A model generated the notes under the pieces. It saw only the letters and a list, made by a program, of their open reading frames with translations. It did not search any database and was not told the origin of the DNA. The translations under genes were made by a program, and so were the position numbers. A stretch of 64,000 nt of DNA from a bacterium (GTDB lineage Bacteria > Krumholzibacteriota > Krumholzibacteriia > LZORAL124-64-63): positions 129,301-193,300 of the forward strand of contig JANOEP010000016.1 in NCBI GenBank assembly GCA_031441465.1, written 5' to 3'. How positions within the stretch are numbered: position 1 is the stretch's first letter; each line of letters opens with the position of its first letter. Shown here piece after piece: positions 19,987 through 29,090 of the stretch.

Positions 19987-21072
19987 ATGCGCCGATCCGC
20001 CGTCGTCCCCGTCGCCGCCCTGCTGGTGTTGCTGCTGGCCGGGCCGCTGGCCGCACAGGAATTCACCGAGAGCTTCACCCTCGATTTCACGTCGCTCCAC
20101 GTGGTCGACCTGATCGGGGAGGTGCGCGTCCTGCCGGCGACGGGCGACGCGTTCGAAGTCGAGGTCGCGGTGCGCGGCGAGGACGCCGGTCGCGACCGCC
20201 TGACCTTCGTCGTCGACAAGGACAAGCGCACGCTGCGGATCGACTTCCCGCTGGACAAGGAGCGCGACTACGTCTACCCGCCGCTGAAGAACGGCAAGAC
20301 CTCGATCCGGTTCGACCCGGACGATGCAGGGGATCACGATTTCTGGGACGCCGTGGCCTCGCTGCTCGGCAGCGAGCGCGTGACCGTGCGCGGCAGGGGC
20401 CGCGGCCTGCAGGTCTGGGCCGACGTGACCGTGCGCGTGCCCGCGGGCCGCGAGGCCGACGTTCGCCTGGGCGTGGGCCGCATCGAGGCCGAGGGCGTGC
20501 GCGGCGAACTGGTGCTGGACATCTCCTCCGGGTCGGTGTCGGCGCACGATGTCGACGGCTCGGTCCTGGCCGACACCGGCAGCGGTGCGGTGGAGTTCCT
20601 GGACGTCAGGGGCGACGCCACTGCCGACACCGGCAGCGGCGACGTTGTCATGCGCCGCTGCCGCGGAGACGAGATCAAGGCCGACACCGGCAGCGGCTGC
20701 GTGACCTTCGAGGACGTGGTCTGCAAGCGGCTCGCCGCCGACACCGGCAGCGGCGGCGTGCAGGCCGAGGCCGTCGATGCGGAGTCGGTGCAGATCGACA
20801 CCGGCAGCGGGTCCGTCCTGCTGCAGCTGACGCGCATGGGGGACGGCCGGTTCGAGGTCGACACCGGCAGCGGCGGGGTGGAACTGGTCCTGCCGCGCGA
20901 CGCGTCCTGCCGCGTCGCGGCCGAGACCGGCAGCGGGGGCGTCCGCGTCGACGTGCCGGGCATCGCGGCGCCGGAGCGCGGCGCGGACGTGTACGAGTTC
21001 ACCGTGGGCGGCGGGGCGGCCCCGGTCGGCCTGGATACCGGCAGCGGCGGGATCATGGTTCGCATGCAGTAG
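19987..21072 (+). CDS. DUF4097-type beta-strand repeat (putative adhesin) protein
   Basis: Signal peptide; about 8 (A/I/V/L)(D/E)TGSG repeats at ~19-20 aa period; AGGAGG RBS. Confidence 0.85.
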   Translation: MRRSAVVPVAALLVLLLAGPLAAQEFTESFTLDFTSLHVVDLIGEVRVLPATGDAFEVEVAVRGEDAGRDRLTFVVDKDKRTLRIDFPLDKERDYVYPPLKNGKTSIRFDPDDAGDHDFWDAVASLLGSERVTVRGRGRGLQVWADVTVRVPAGREADVRLGVGRIEAEGVRGELVLDISSGSVSAHDVDGSVLADTGSGAVEFLDVRGDATADTGSGDVVMRRCRGDEIKADTGSGCVTFEDVVCKRLAADTGSGGVQAEAVDAESVQIDTGSGSVLLQLTRMGDGRFEVDTGSGGVELVLPRDASCRVAAETGSGGVRVDVPGIAAPERGADVYEFTVGGGAAPVGLDTGSGGIMVRMQ

Positions 21073-21123
21073 GGTCGTGTTATCATCCCCGGCAGGCTCG
21101 GACCCGAACCGGGGAGTGGTCCC

Positions 21124-22833
21124 ATGAAGAGATTCGTCCAGGTCTTCGCGGCGCCGCTGCTCGCGGCGCTGGTGTCGCTGTCCGGCTGCGGGGAGAAGAT
21201 CGCCGAGACCGCCGAGGTCCCCGCGACCGGGCTGCGGGACGCCGAGGCGCTGCTGGGCCTGGAGTTCACGCCGCGGGAGCGGGCGCTGATGCGCGAGGAT
21301 CTCGCCGAGCAGCGCGCCGCCTACCTCGCCCTGCGGGCCCGCACGCCGCCCAACGACGTGGCGCCGCCGCTGGGGTTCGACCCGCGGCCGGCGGGCTTCC
21401 GCCTGACGATCCCCGACCGTCCGCCGCGCTGGAGCGACGCCGCCGCGCCGCCGCGCCCCGCCGATCTCCAGGAACTCGCCTTCGCGACCGTCGGCGAGCT
21501 GTCCGCTCTGCTGCGTTCGCGGCGGGTCACCTCCCTGGAAATCACCGAGATGTGCCTCGACCGCCTGGCCCGCTTCGGCCCGGAGTTGGCGTGCGTCGTC
21601 TCGCTGACGCCCGAGATCGCGCGGGAGCAGGCTCGTCGCGCCGACCGCGAGATCGCCGCCGGGCGCTGGCGCGGACCCCTGCACGGCGTTCCCTACGGCG
21701 TGAAGGACCTGCTGGCCGTCCGCGGCACGCGCACGACCTGGGGCGCGGAACCCTACCGGGACCAGACGATCGATGAGACGGCCACGGTCGTCGCGAAGCT
21801 GGAGGCGCAGGGCGCCGTGCTCTGCGCCAAGCTGACCCTGGGCGCGCTGGCCATGGGCGACCAGTGGTTCGGCGGCCAGACCCGCAACCCGTGGGATCTG
21901 GAGCAGGGCAGCAGCGGCTCCTCGGCCGGACCCGCCTCGGCGGTGTCGGCGGGGCTGCTGCCTTTCGCCATCGGGTCGGAGACCTGGGGCTCGATCGTCT
22001 CGCCGTCGATGCGCTGCGGCGTGACCGGTCTGCGGCCGACCTTCGGCCGCGTCAGCCGCGCCGGGGCGATGGCCCTGAGCTGGTCGATGGACAAGCTCGG
22101 ACCGATGGCCCGCAGCGCGGAGGACTGCGCGCTGGTGTTCGAGGCGATCCGCGGTGCCGACGGCCGCGACCCCTCGGTGATCGACGCCCCGTTCCCCTAC
22201 GCCCCGCGCGCGGACCTGAGCGGGCTGCGCATCGGTTTCGCGCCGGCGGCCTTCGACACCGCGGGCGACCGCGAGGATCCCGGCCTCGCCCTGGACCGCG
22301 CCGCGCTCGCGGCGCTGCGCGAACTCGGCGCCGAACTGGTGCCGGTCGAACTGCCGCCGGCCGACGCGATGCCGCTGTCGGTGATCCTGACCGCCGAGGC
22401 GGCTGCCGCCTTCGAAGAGTTGACGCTCTCGGGTCGCGACGACCTGCTCTCGCAGCAGGGCCGCGGCGACTGGCCCAACATCTTCCGCGCTGCGCGCCTG
22501 ATCCCCGCGGTGGAGTACCTCCAGGCCAACCGTTTGCGCGCACAGCTCATGGCGGAGGTCGGCCGGCTGTTCGAAGGGATCGACCTGTACGTGGGGCCAT
22601 CGTTCGCGGGGCAGGACCTGCTGATCTTCAACCTCACCGGGCACCCGTGCGTCGTCGTGCCCGACGGGTTCGACGGCGAGGGGCACCCGCGCGCGTGGTG
22701 CTTCGTGGGCCGGCTTTTCGACGAGGCGACCGTGCTCGCCGCGGCGGGTGTCTGGCAGGAAGCGACCGGCTGGCACCGGGCGCACCCGCCTCGTTACGCG
22801 GAGTCCTCGACGGGGGCGGCCGCGGCGCGGTAG
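21124..22833 (+). CDS. Amidase signature family lipoprotein
   Basis: Lipobox LSGC; GPLHGVPYGVKD, GSSGSSAG and GSETWGSI motifs. Confidence 0.92.
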   Translation: MKRFVQVFAAPLLAALVSLSGCGEKIAETAEVPATGLRDAEALLGLEFTPRERALMREDLAEQRAAYLALRARTPPNDVAPPLGFDPRPAGFRLTIPDRPPRWSDAAAPPRPADLQELAFATVGELSALLRSRRVTSLEITEMCLDRLARFGPELACVVSLTPEIAREQARRADREIAAGRWRGPLHGVPYGVKDLLAVRGTRTTWGAEPYRDQTIDETATVVAKLEAQGAVLCAKLTLGALAMGDQWFGGQTRNPWDLEQGSSGSSAGPASAVSAGLLPFAIGSETWGSIVSPSMRCGVTGLRPTFGRVSRAGAMALSWSMDKLGPMARSAEDCALVFEAIRGADGRDPSVIDAPFPYAPRADLSGLRIGFAPAAFDTAGDREDPGLALDRAALAALRELGAELVPVELPPADAMPLSVILTAEAAAAFEELTLSGRDDLLSQQGRGDWPNIFRAARLIPAVEYLQANRLRAQLMAEVGRLFEGIDLYVGPSFAGQDLLIFNLTGHPCVVVPDGFDGEGHPRAWCFVGRLFDEATVLAAAGVWQEATGWHRAHPPRYAESSTGAAAAR

Positions 22834-23903
22834 CGCCGCAGGCGCGGTCGGACGCGGAAAACGGCGAGGCGCAGCAGGGCGGGGACCGCGCCGCGCCCGA
22901 ATGCCACGGCGCGCACGTTCGGCCGGTCCTCGGGACGGAAGCGGGACTTCATGTAGGAGGCGCCCCGCAGGAAATCGACGGCGCGCAGGCCGTCCTCGCT
23001 GCAGGCCTGCACCGTGCGGTGCATGATCCACTTCCCCGGCGAACCCTTTTCGAAGCCCGGCAGGTGGGCCGTGTTGTAGGCGTGGTAGACGCCGCCGTGG
23101 ACGAAGCCCAGCAGGTAGGCCACCACGCCGCCCCGGACTTCGAGCGTCGAGAGCACCGGCTCGAGCGGGCCCGGCGCGGCGAGCAGGCGCCGCATGAAGT
23201 CCAGGTTGCGGGGGTCGCCGTAGAAGGCGCGGCCCTTGGCCGTCTTGTGGCTGGCGCTCTCCACCGCGACCGTCTCGTCGAGCCGGTCGAGGATGGCGCT
23301 CCCGCGCAGCTGTCGGAAGGACCAATCCCCCCAGGTGTCGTAGACCTTCGGGCGCGTGCGCATTTCGGAGCGGTACTTGCGCGGCAGTCCGGCCTCGAGC
23401 GCCTCCCAGCCGGGCGTCAAATCCAGGTAGGGCAGCCACGAGCTTGGCTCGCTCTCCAGGGCGGGCCAGACCCCGCGCCCCCGCGCGACGGCGGGTTCGT
23501 CCGCGCTCATCTCCTCGAGCCGGACGATGGCGCTGCCGCGGGGAGCCTCGCGCAACCGCCGCCAGATCGCGTCCAGCGCCGCCTCGTGCCCGATGACGAA
23601 CGGGAAGCCCTGGCGGTCGGAAGCCACGTCGCCCACGAAGCAGGTCTCACGCAGGGGGACGCCGTAGTAGCGCGTCCGGCCGGAGCAGAGGGGGGCGCCG
23701 GCGACCAGGCGATCCCCGACGAAGGCGCAGAGGATGCGCAGCGAACGGTTTCGGCCGTGGGCCCGCCACCAGGCGGTGAGCCAGGCCGAAGTCAGGAACA
23801 GGGAGTCGCGGCCCGATCCGGCCAGGCAGGCGTCCCAGGCCGGGGCCAGCGGCAGGAAGTCGTCCAGGTGTTCGATTTCACGGATCTCGTACGGCAAGGC
23901 CAT
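22794..23903 (-). CDS. GNAT family (CelD/BcsL-like, Acetyltransf_6) protein
   Basis: LFLTSAWLTAWW, SPGKWIM and DFLRGASYMKSRF motifs. Confidence 0.8.
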   Translation of the reverse strand: MALPYEIREIEHLDDFLPLAPAWDACLAGSGRDSLFLTSAWLTAWWRAHGRNRSLRILCAFVGDRLVAGAPLCSGRTRYYGVPLRETCFVGDVASDRQGFPFVIGHEAALDAIWRRLREAPRGSAIVRLEEMSADEPAVARGRGVWPALESEPSSWLPYLDLTPGWEALEAGLPRKYRSEMRTRPKVYDTWGDWSFRQLRGSAILDRLDETVAVESASHKTAKGRAFYGDPRNLDFMRRLLAAPGPLEPVLSTLEVRGGVVAYLLGFVHGGVYHAYNTAHLPGFEKGSPGKWIMHRTVQACSEDGLRAVDFLRGASYMKSRFRPEDRPNVRAVAFGRGAVPALLRLAVFRVRPRLRRYRAAAAPVEDSA

Positions 23904-23982
23904 CGGGTCCTTTCGGGGGGAGTCGGGCGAGCGGGACAATCTTGGGTCAAACCGGGTATCCGTCAAGTGGGCGGCCCCGTCG

Positions 23983-24019
23983 GCCGCCGCTTGACTCCTT
24001 CCCGCCGCCGCTTGACTCC
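23983..24019 (+). repeat. Direct repeat gccgccgcttgactcc x2 (21-bp period) in a divergent promoter region
   Basis: Copies at 23983-23998 and 24004-24019. Confidence 0.7.
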
Positions 24020-24110
24020 CGCTGTCGGCGCAATAACGTTCCCCGCAGGCACGGACCGGCGTCTCCGACGTCGACACTTCCGTGCGCGGGATTCGTGGAA
24101 GGGGAGAGAG

Positions 24111-25637
24111 ATGACGGTCGTGCTGAACGGCTCCGGCCTGACCATCGACAAGCTGGCGCGCGTGGCGCGCCAAGGCGAACAAGTGGAGCTGGCGCCCGAG
24201 GCGCTGGCGCGTATCGGGGTTTGCCGGGCGATGCTCGAGGAGAAGATCCAGGCGCACGAGATCATGTACGGGGTCAACACGGGCATCGGGGAGTTCTCCG
24301 AGATCGTGCTGAACGACGACCAGGTCAAGGATTTCCAGAAATACCTCATCTACAACCACTCCGCCGGCATCGGCGACCCCGCGCCCGCGGAGTACGTGCG
24401 CGGCGCCATGGTCGGCCGGATCAACGTCCACGCCCACGGCAACAGCGGCTGCCGGCCCGTGATCACGCAGACGCTCGTGGCGATGCTCAACCAGGGCGTC
24501 ACGCCCTACGTCTGCCAGAAGGGCTCGGTCGGCGCCTGCGGCGACCTGGCGCCGATGAGCCAGATCGCGCAGCTGCTGATGGGCGAGGGTCGCGCCTGGT
24601 ACAAGGGCGAGCTGCTGCCCGGCCGGGAAGCCTTCGCCCGCGCCGGCATCCCCGTCCCCGGCCTCGAGGCCCGCGACGGCCTGGCCACCATCAACGGCAG
24701 CAACCTGCTGACCGCGATGAGCGCGCTGCACCTCCACGACATGGACCGGCTGCTGAAGCAGGCCGAAATCGCCTGCTCGATGACGCTCGAGGCGCTGCTG
24801 GCGAACCTCAAGCCCTACACTTCCCAGCTGCACGAGATGCGCGGCTTCCCCGGCGCGGTGCGCAGCGCGGGCGCCATCCGCCGCTGCATCGAGGGCTCGG
24901 ACCTGCAGACCGGCAAGATCAAGACCAAGGTGCAGGACGCCTACTCCATGCGCTCCAGCCCGCAGGTCATCGGCGCGGCGCACGACGCCGTGCGCTGGGC
25001 GCGCGAGCAGGTCGAGATCGAGCTGAACGGGGTCGGCGACAACCCGATCTTCGTGCCCGAGAAGAAGCTGACCCTGACCGGGGCCAACTTCCAGGGCTCG
25101 CCGGTGTCGCTGCCCATGGACATGGCCGGTGCGGCCATGACGATGGTCTGCGTGCTGAGCGAGCGGCGCCTGAACCGCCTGCTCAACCCGGCCCTGAGCG
25201 TGGGCCTGCCGGCCTTCCTGACCAAGGGGGCGGGCATGTTCTCGGGCATGATGCTCAGCCAGTACACCGCCGACTCGCTCATCGTCGAGCAGCGGATCCT
25301 CTGCGCGCCCGCGTCGGTCCAGTCCATCCCCGCTGCGGCGGACCAGGAGGACTTCGTCTCGATGGGCATGAACACGGCCCTGAAGAACAAGCAGATCGTC
25401 GAGAACGCCTGCGGCATCCTGGGCATCGAGTTCATGGCCGCGGCGCAGGCCCTGGACTTCCGCGACTTCCAGAAGGGCAAGGGCGTCGCCGCCGGCCACG
25501 CCGCGGTGCGCGGGTGCGTGGCGTTCCTGGACATCGACCGCCCCCTGCACGACGACCACACCGCGATGATGGAACTGGTGAGGACGTGCGCGATCCTCGA
25601 CCAGGTCGAAGCGGTGGTGGGGGATCTGGCCGGTTGA
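24111..25637 (+). CDS. Histidine ammonia-lyase / aromatic amino acid lyase family (MIO enzyme)
   Basis: YGVNTGIG, GSVGACGDLAPM, GLATING, VQDAYSMRSSPQ, DNP, GANFQG and QEDFVSMG motifs. Confidence 0.92.
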   Translation: MTVVLNGSGLTIDKLARVARQGEQVELAPEALARIGVCRAMLEEKIQAHEIMYGVNTGIGEFSEIVLNDDQVKDFQKYLIYNHSAGIGDPAPAEYVRGAMVGRINVHAHGNSGCRPVITQTLVAMLNQGVTPYVCQKGSVGACGDLAPMSQIAQLLMGEGRAWYKGELLPGREAFARAGIPVPGLEARDGLATINGSNLLTAMSALHLHDMDRLLKQAEIACSMTLEALLANLKPYTSQLHEMRGFPGAVRSAGAIRRCIEGSDLQTGKIKTKVQDAYSMRSSPQVIGAAHDAVRWAREQVEIELNGVGDNPIFVPEKKLTLTGANFQGSPVSLPMDMAGAAMTMVCVLSERRLNRLLNPALSVGLPAFLTKGAGMFSGMMLSQYTADSLIVEQRILCAPASVQSIPAAADQEDFVSMGMNTALKNKQIVENACGILGIEFMAAAQALDFRDFQKGKGVAAGHAAVRGCVAFLDIDRPLHDDHTAMMELVRTCAILDQVEAVVGDLAG

Positions 25638-25658
25638 CCGACTCGCTGAGGGTCGCGA

Positions 25659-25686
25659 GAAGGCCGCCCCCGTCGGGGCGGCCTTC
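25659..25686. terminator. Hairpin terminator between convergent genes
   Basis: gaaggccgcccc-cgtc-ggggcggccttc. Confidence 0.65.
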
Positions 25687-25748
25687 GCCGTTGGGCCGGC
25701 CGGTGGATCAGGCGGTCGCTGCGTGCGCGGCCGCCTTCCGGCCGGGAA

Positions 25749-26438
25749 TCAGTCGAGGCGGGTGAAGAAGCGGCCCAGCCTCGGGCGCCAGCCGCGGTCC
25801 CGGTCGACCGAGGCCACGACGGCCAGGGCCCGGCCCTGCAGCGCGTCGCGGCCCACGAACCCGAAATAGCGCGAATCGAAACTGTTGTCGCGGTTGTCGC
25901 CCATGACCAGGTAGGAATCGGGCGGCACCGTCACCGGGCCGAAGTCCCGCAGGGCGCGCCCGTCCGGGGTCAGCATCACGGCGTGGCGGCGGCCGTCGAG
26001 GTCCTCGGTCAGCAGCTCGTGCCGGGCGGTGTCGTCGGGCGGGAGCGCCCAGCGCAGGTCCCCGGCGCGCGGCGTGCAGGCCAGAGGACGGCCGTCGATC
26101 GACAGCCGACCGTCGCGCATCGCCACCGAGTCGCCGGGCAGGCCGACCACGCGCTTGACCAGGCGGGTGCCGTCGTGGGGAGAGGACAGGACGACCACGT
26201 CGCCGTGCCGCGGCTCGCCGGTGCGCGCCAGTTCCCAGCCCGCCAGCGGCGCGCGCAGGGAGAAGGCGGTGCGGTCCACCAAGATGCGGTCGCCCTCGTA
26301 GATGGTGGGCTGCATCGAGCCCGTCGGGACGTCGTACCAGTTGGCGACCGCCGAGCGGAAGCTCAGCGCGCTCAGGACGACCACCAGCAGGGGCAGCTGG
26401 GAACGCAGGCGGCGGGCGAGGGAACTGGTCGGCGACAT
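25749..26438 (-). CDS. lepB: Signal peptidase I
   Basis: VPTGSMQPT (catalytic Ser), LVKRVVGLPGD (catalytic Lys) and MGDNRDNSFDSRYFG. Confidence 0.95.
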   Translation of the reverse strand: MSPTSSLARRLRSQLPLLVVVLSALSFRSAVANWYDVPTGSMQPTIYEGDRILVDRTAFSLRAPLAGWELARTGEPRHGDVVVLSSPHDGTRLVKRVVGLPGDSVAMRDGRLSIDGRPLACTPRAGDLRWALPPDDTARHELLTEDLDGRRHAVMLTPDGRALRDFGPVTVPPDSYLVMGDNRDNSFDSRYFGFVGRDALQGRALAVVASVDRDRGWRPRLGRFFTRLD

Positions 26439-26556
26439 CGGCGGGCCTCCGGCGGCGAGGAGGGCGGGTTGGCGGAGATCTTCATGTATACGTCCGCCTG
26501 GAAGACGCGGTTCCCGAGTCGTGGCGGGCCCCGTCGCCCGCGGCTATCCTGGACGC

Positions 26557-26880
26557 ATGTTCCACCCCGCGACACCGTCGTCCCGCGCTCCCGTTTTCAG
26601 GATCTTGACGGTCCTGCTCCTGCTGGCGAGCCTCGGCGCCTTCCAGGCCTCGCACCTCAAGCACCACTACGACCACGCGGATCGGCAGGCCCACGACGAT
26701 CGCTGCGCCCACAGCGGCCTCTGCGTCGTCTTCCATACCGGGACGCTCACCGAGGACGCCTTCGCGGCGCCTCGGGCCGGCTCCGCCGTCATCGCGCAGC
26801 TCCCGACCGCAGAGGTGCGAACGCTGGGCTTGCTCGTCCTGCCGAGGCGCGAGGCGCGTGCTCCGCCTGTTCCCGCCTGA
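26557..26880 (+). CDS. DUF2946-like leader protein: TM segment, His/Cys-rich region, C-terminal RAPP motif
   Basis: 107 aa ..ILTVLLLLASLGAFQASHLKHHYDHADRQAHDDRCAHSGLC..EARAPPVPA*, directly upstream of the metal-uptake genes. Start is uncertain (no clear SD). Confidence 0.7.
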   Translation: MFHPATPSSRAPVFRILTVLLLLASLGAFQASHLKHHYDHADRQAHDDRCAHSGLCVVFHTGTLTEDAFAAPRAGSAVIAQLPTAEVRTLGLLVLPRREARAPPVPA

Positions 26881-26981
26881 TCCCCACGACATCGCCCGAT
26901 ACTGATATGTTCCAGGTTCGGCGCGCCCGACGACCGCCGTCCGCGGTTCCCCGCGCGCGCCCGGAAACAAGGAGAGCGATC

Positions 26982-28124
26982 ATGTGCACCCGCATTCCCG
27001 TGGCGATCCTCATCGCCCTGGCGGCCCCGGCGCTCGGCATCGCCGCCGCGTCCTCCAGCACGGTCACCGGCATCTCGAGCCTGATGAATCCCGCCATCAG
27101 CGTCAACGCCCTGTTCCTGGGCGAAACGTCGCTCAACGACGACAGCGACGAAGCCAACCGCATCGGCCTGCAGGAGGCCGAGATGCAGTTCACGTCCGTG
27201 GTCGACCCGTTCTGGACCGCGGACCTGGTCATCGCCTACCACCAGGAGGCCGGCCACGACCACGGCGACGAGGAGGCCGCCGAGGCCGGGGGCGCGGCCG
27301 CCTTCGTCACCGACGTCGAGGTGGCGCGCATCCGCGCGCGCAGCCTGCCGGCAGGCCTGGGCCTGGTTCTGGGCAAGGACTACCTGCCCTTCGGCAAACA
27401 CGCGCCGTTGCACACCCACCAGTTCGCCTTCACGCGCGCGCCGCTGGCCGTGCGCACGTTCCTGGGCGACCACGGCCTCACCGAGGTCGGTGCGCGCGTC
27501 GAAGCGACGGTGCCGCTGCCCTGGTACTCGGAGGTCGTCGCCTACGCCGTCAACGGCGACGCCGAGATCTTCGACGCTCACGACCGCGACCTCGCCTGGG
27601 GAGCGCGCTGGACGCAACTCTGGGACGTGGCGCCGACCGCCACGCTGGAACTGGGCGGCTCGCTGCTGAATGGGCCGGGCGCCCGCGAACCGGACGGGCC
27701 GGCCGTCGGCCTGAGCGTCTCCGGCCTCGATCTCACCTACAAGTGGGTCGACGGTGGGCAGGCCCACGGCCCGGCCGTGGTCTGGACGAGCGAGCTGATC
27801 CTGCCCGACACGGCGGCCTTCGGGCACGAGCCGTGGGGCTGGTATTCGCATCTGCAGGCCCGATTCCGCCGCAACTTGTGGCTGGGCCTGGGAGCGAGCG
27901 GCATCGCCGACTTGCCGCACGAAGAGGCCGGCCCCGACGAAGTGGATGCCGGCTCGTACAGGTGGGACGAATACCGGTTGGACCTGACCTTCGTCCCCAG
28001 TGAATATAGCTCGCTGCGCGCCGAGGTGTCGGCCATCGTCCCGCAGTCCAGTGAGGCTGACGACCTGCGCTTCTCGCTGCAGTGGAACTTCACCATCGGG
28101 TCGCACCCGGCCCATCTCTACTAG
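26982..28124 (+). CDS. Outer-membrane beta-barrel associated with metal (Zn/Ni/Co) uptake
   Basis: Signal peptide, NPAISV, EAEMQFTSVVDPF, HTHQFAF, His loop, C-terminal IGSHPAHLY; AAGGAG RBS. Confidence 0.75.
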   Translation: MCTRIPVAILIALAAPALGIAAASSSTVTGISSLMNPAISVNALFLGETSLNDDSDEANRIGLQEAEMQFTSVVDPFWTADLVIAYHQEAGHDHGDEEAAEAGGAAAFVTDVEVARIRARSLPAGLGLVLGKDYLPFGKHAPLHTHQFAFTRAPLAVRTFLGDHGLTEVGARVEATVPLPWYSEVVAYAVNGDAEIFDAHDRDLAWGARWTQLWDVAPTATLELGGSLLNGPGAREPDGPAVGLSVSGLDLTYKWVDGGQAHGPAVVWTSELILPDTAAFGHEPWGWYSHLQARFRRNLWLGLGASGIADLPHEEAGPDEVDAGSYRWDEYRLDLTFVPSEYSSLRAEVSAIVPQSSEADDLRFSLQWNFTIGSHPAHLY

Positions 28125-28134
28125 GAGGCTCGTC

Positions 28135-29088
28135 ATGAGGATCCGCACCAGGATCGCGACGGTCGCCGTCGGGCTGGCAGTCTGCCTCTCTTGCCTCGTC
28201 GCTCCGCCGTGCGCGGCCGCCGACGGTCCGCTGCAGGTGGCGGCCACCCTCTCGGATCTCGCCTGCGTGGCGCGCGCCGTGGGCGGCGCGGACGTCGAGG
28301 TCACGGTCCTCTGCCCCGGCGGCATGGACCCGCACTACCTGCCCGCCAAGCCCTCGCTGTCGCGCAAGCTGGGCCAGGCCGACGCGCTGCTGTTCAACGG
28401 CCTCGAGCTGGAGATCGGCTGGCTGCCGCCGCTGCTGGAGAAGGCCCGCAACCCGCGCGTGCGCGACGGCGCGCCCGGGCTGATCGACTGCTCCGCGGCC
28501 CTGGACGCGGTTCTGGATGTCCCGAGCGGCCCCGTCGACCGCGGGATGGGCGACATCCATCCGCAGGGCAACCCGCACTACACCGTCGACCCGCGACGGA
28601 TGATCGACGTGACGCTGTTCGTCGGGCGCCGCTTCGGCGAACTGGATCCACCGCGCGCCGCGGCGTACCGGGACCGGGCCGAGGCCTACGCCGCGCTGTT
28701 GCGCGGCCGTTTGCCGGTCTGGCAGGAGCGGACCGCCGGTCTGCGCACCCGTCACGTCCTGCTGAACCACCAGCACTGGAACTACCTCTGCGACTGGCTC
28801 GGCCTGGACGTGATCGGCGAGATCGAACACCGCCCCGGCATCGCGCCCTCGCCGCGGCACGTGCAGGACATGGTGGAGAAGTCCCGCGCGCTGGGCGATG
28901 TCGTGATCGTGGCCGCGAACTGGGACCATCTCGACGTGGTGCGCGAGATCGCGAGCCGGGCCGGCGCGTCCCTGGCGATCCTGCCGGGACACTCCGGCGC
29001 GGAGGCGGGCACCGACGACTACGTCGCGTTCCTGGACGAGCTGACGCGGCGCCTGGCCGGAGCGGCCGCGGCGCCGGGCAAGGAGTAG
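28135..29088 (+). CDS. Metal ABC transporter substrate-binding protein (ZnuA/TroA cluster A-I)
   Basis: DPHYL, NGLELEIGWL, GDIHPQGNPHY and PSPRH motifs. Confidence 0.9.
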   Translation: MRIRTRIATVAVGLAVCLSCLVAPPCAAADGPLQVAATLSDLACVARAVGGADVEVTVLCPGGMDPHYLPAKPSLSRKLGQADALLFNGLELEIGWLPPLLEKARNPRVRDGAPGLIDCSAALDAVLDVPSGPVDRGMGDIHPQGNPHYTVDPRRMIDVTLFVGRRFGELDPPRAAAYRDRAEAYAALLRGRLPVWQERTAGLRTRHVLLNHQHWNYLCDWLGLDVIGEIEHRPGIAPSPRHVQDMVEKSRALGDVVIVAANWDHLDVVREIASRAGASLAILPGHSGAEAGTDDYVAFLDELTRRLAGAAAAPGKE

Positions 29089-29090
29089 TC

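Noticed and set aside
20570..21050. Regularly spaced gacaccggcagcgg repeats resembling a CRISPR array
   Set aside because: They are in-frame DTGSG protein repeats, short and degenerate at codon positions, and no cas genes are present.
19816..23439. 1207-aa minus-strand ORF
   Set aside because: Antisense to the DUF4097 and amidase genes, which have clear motifs.
21864..24110. Long N-terminal extension of the HAL-family ORF (1257 aa in the track)
   Set aside because: It overlaps the amidase and the GNAT; the real start is the ATG at 24111 after a purine-rich RBS.
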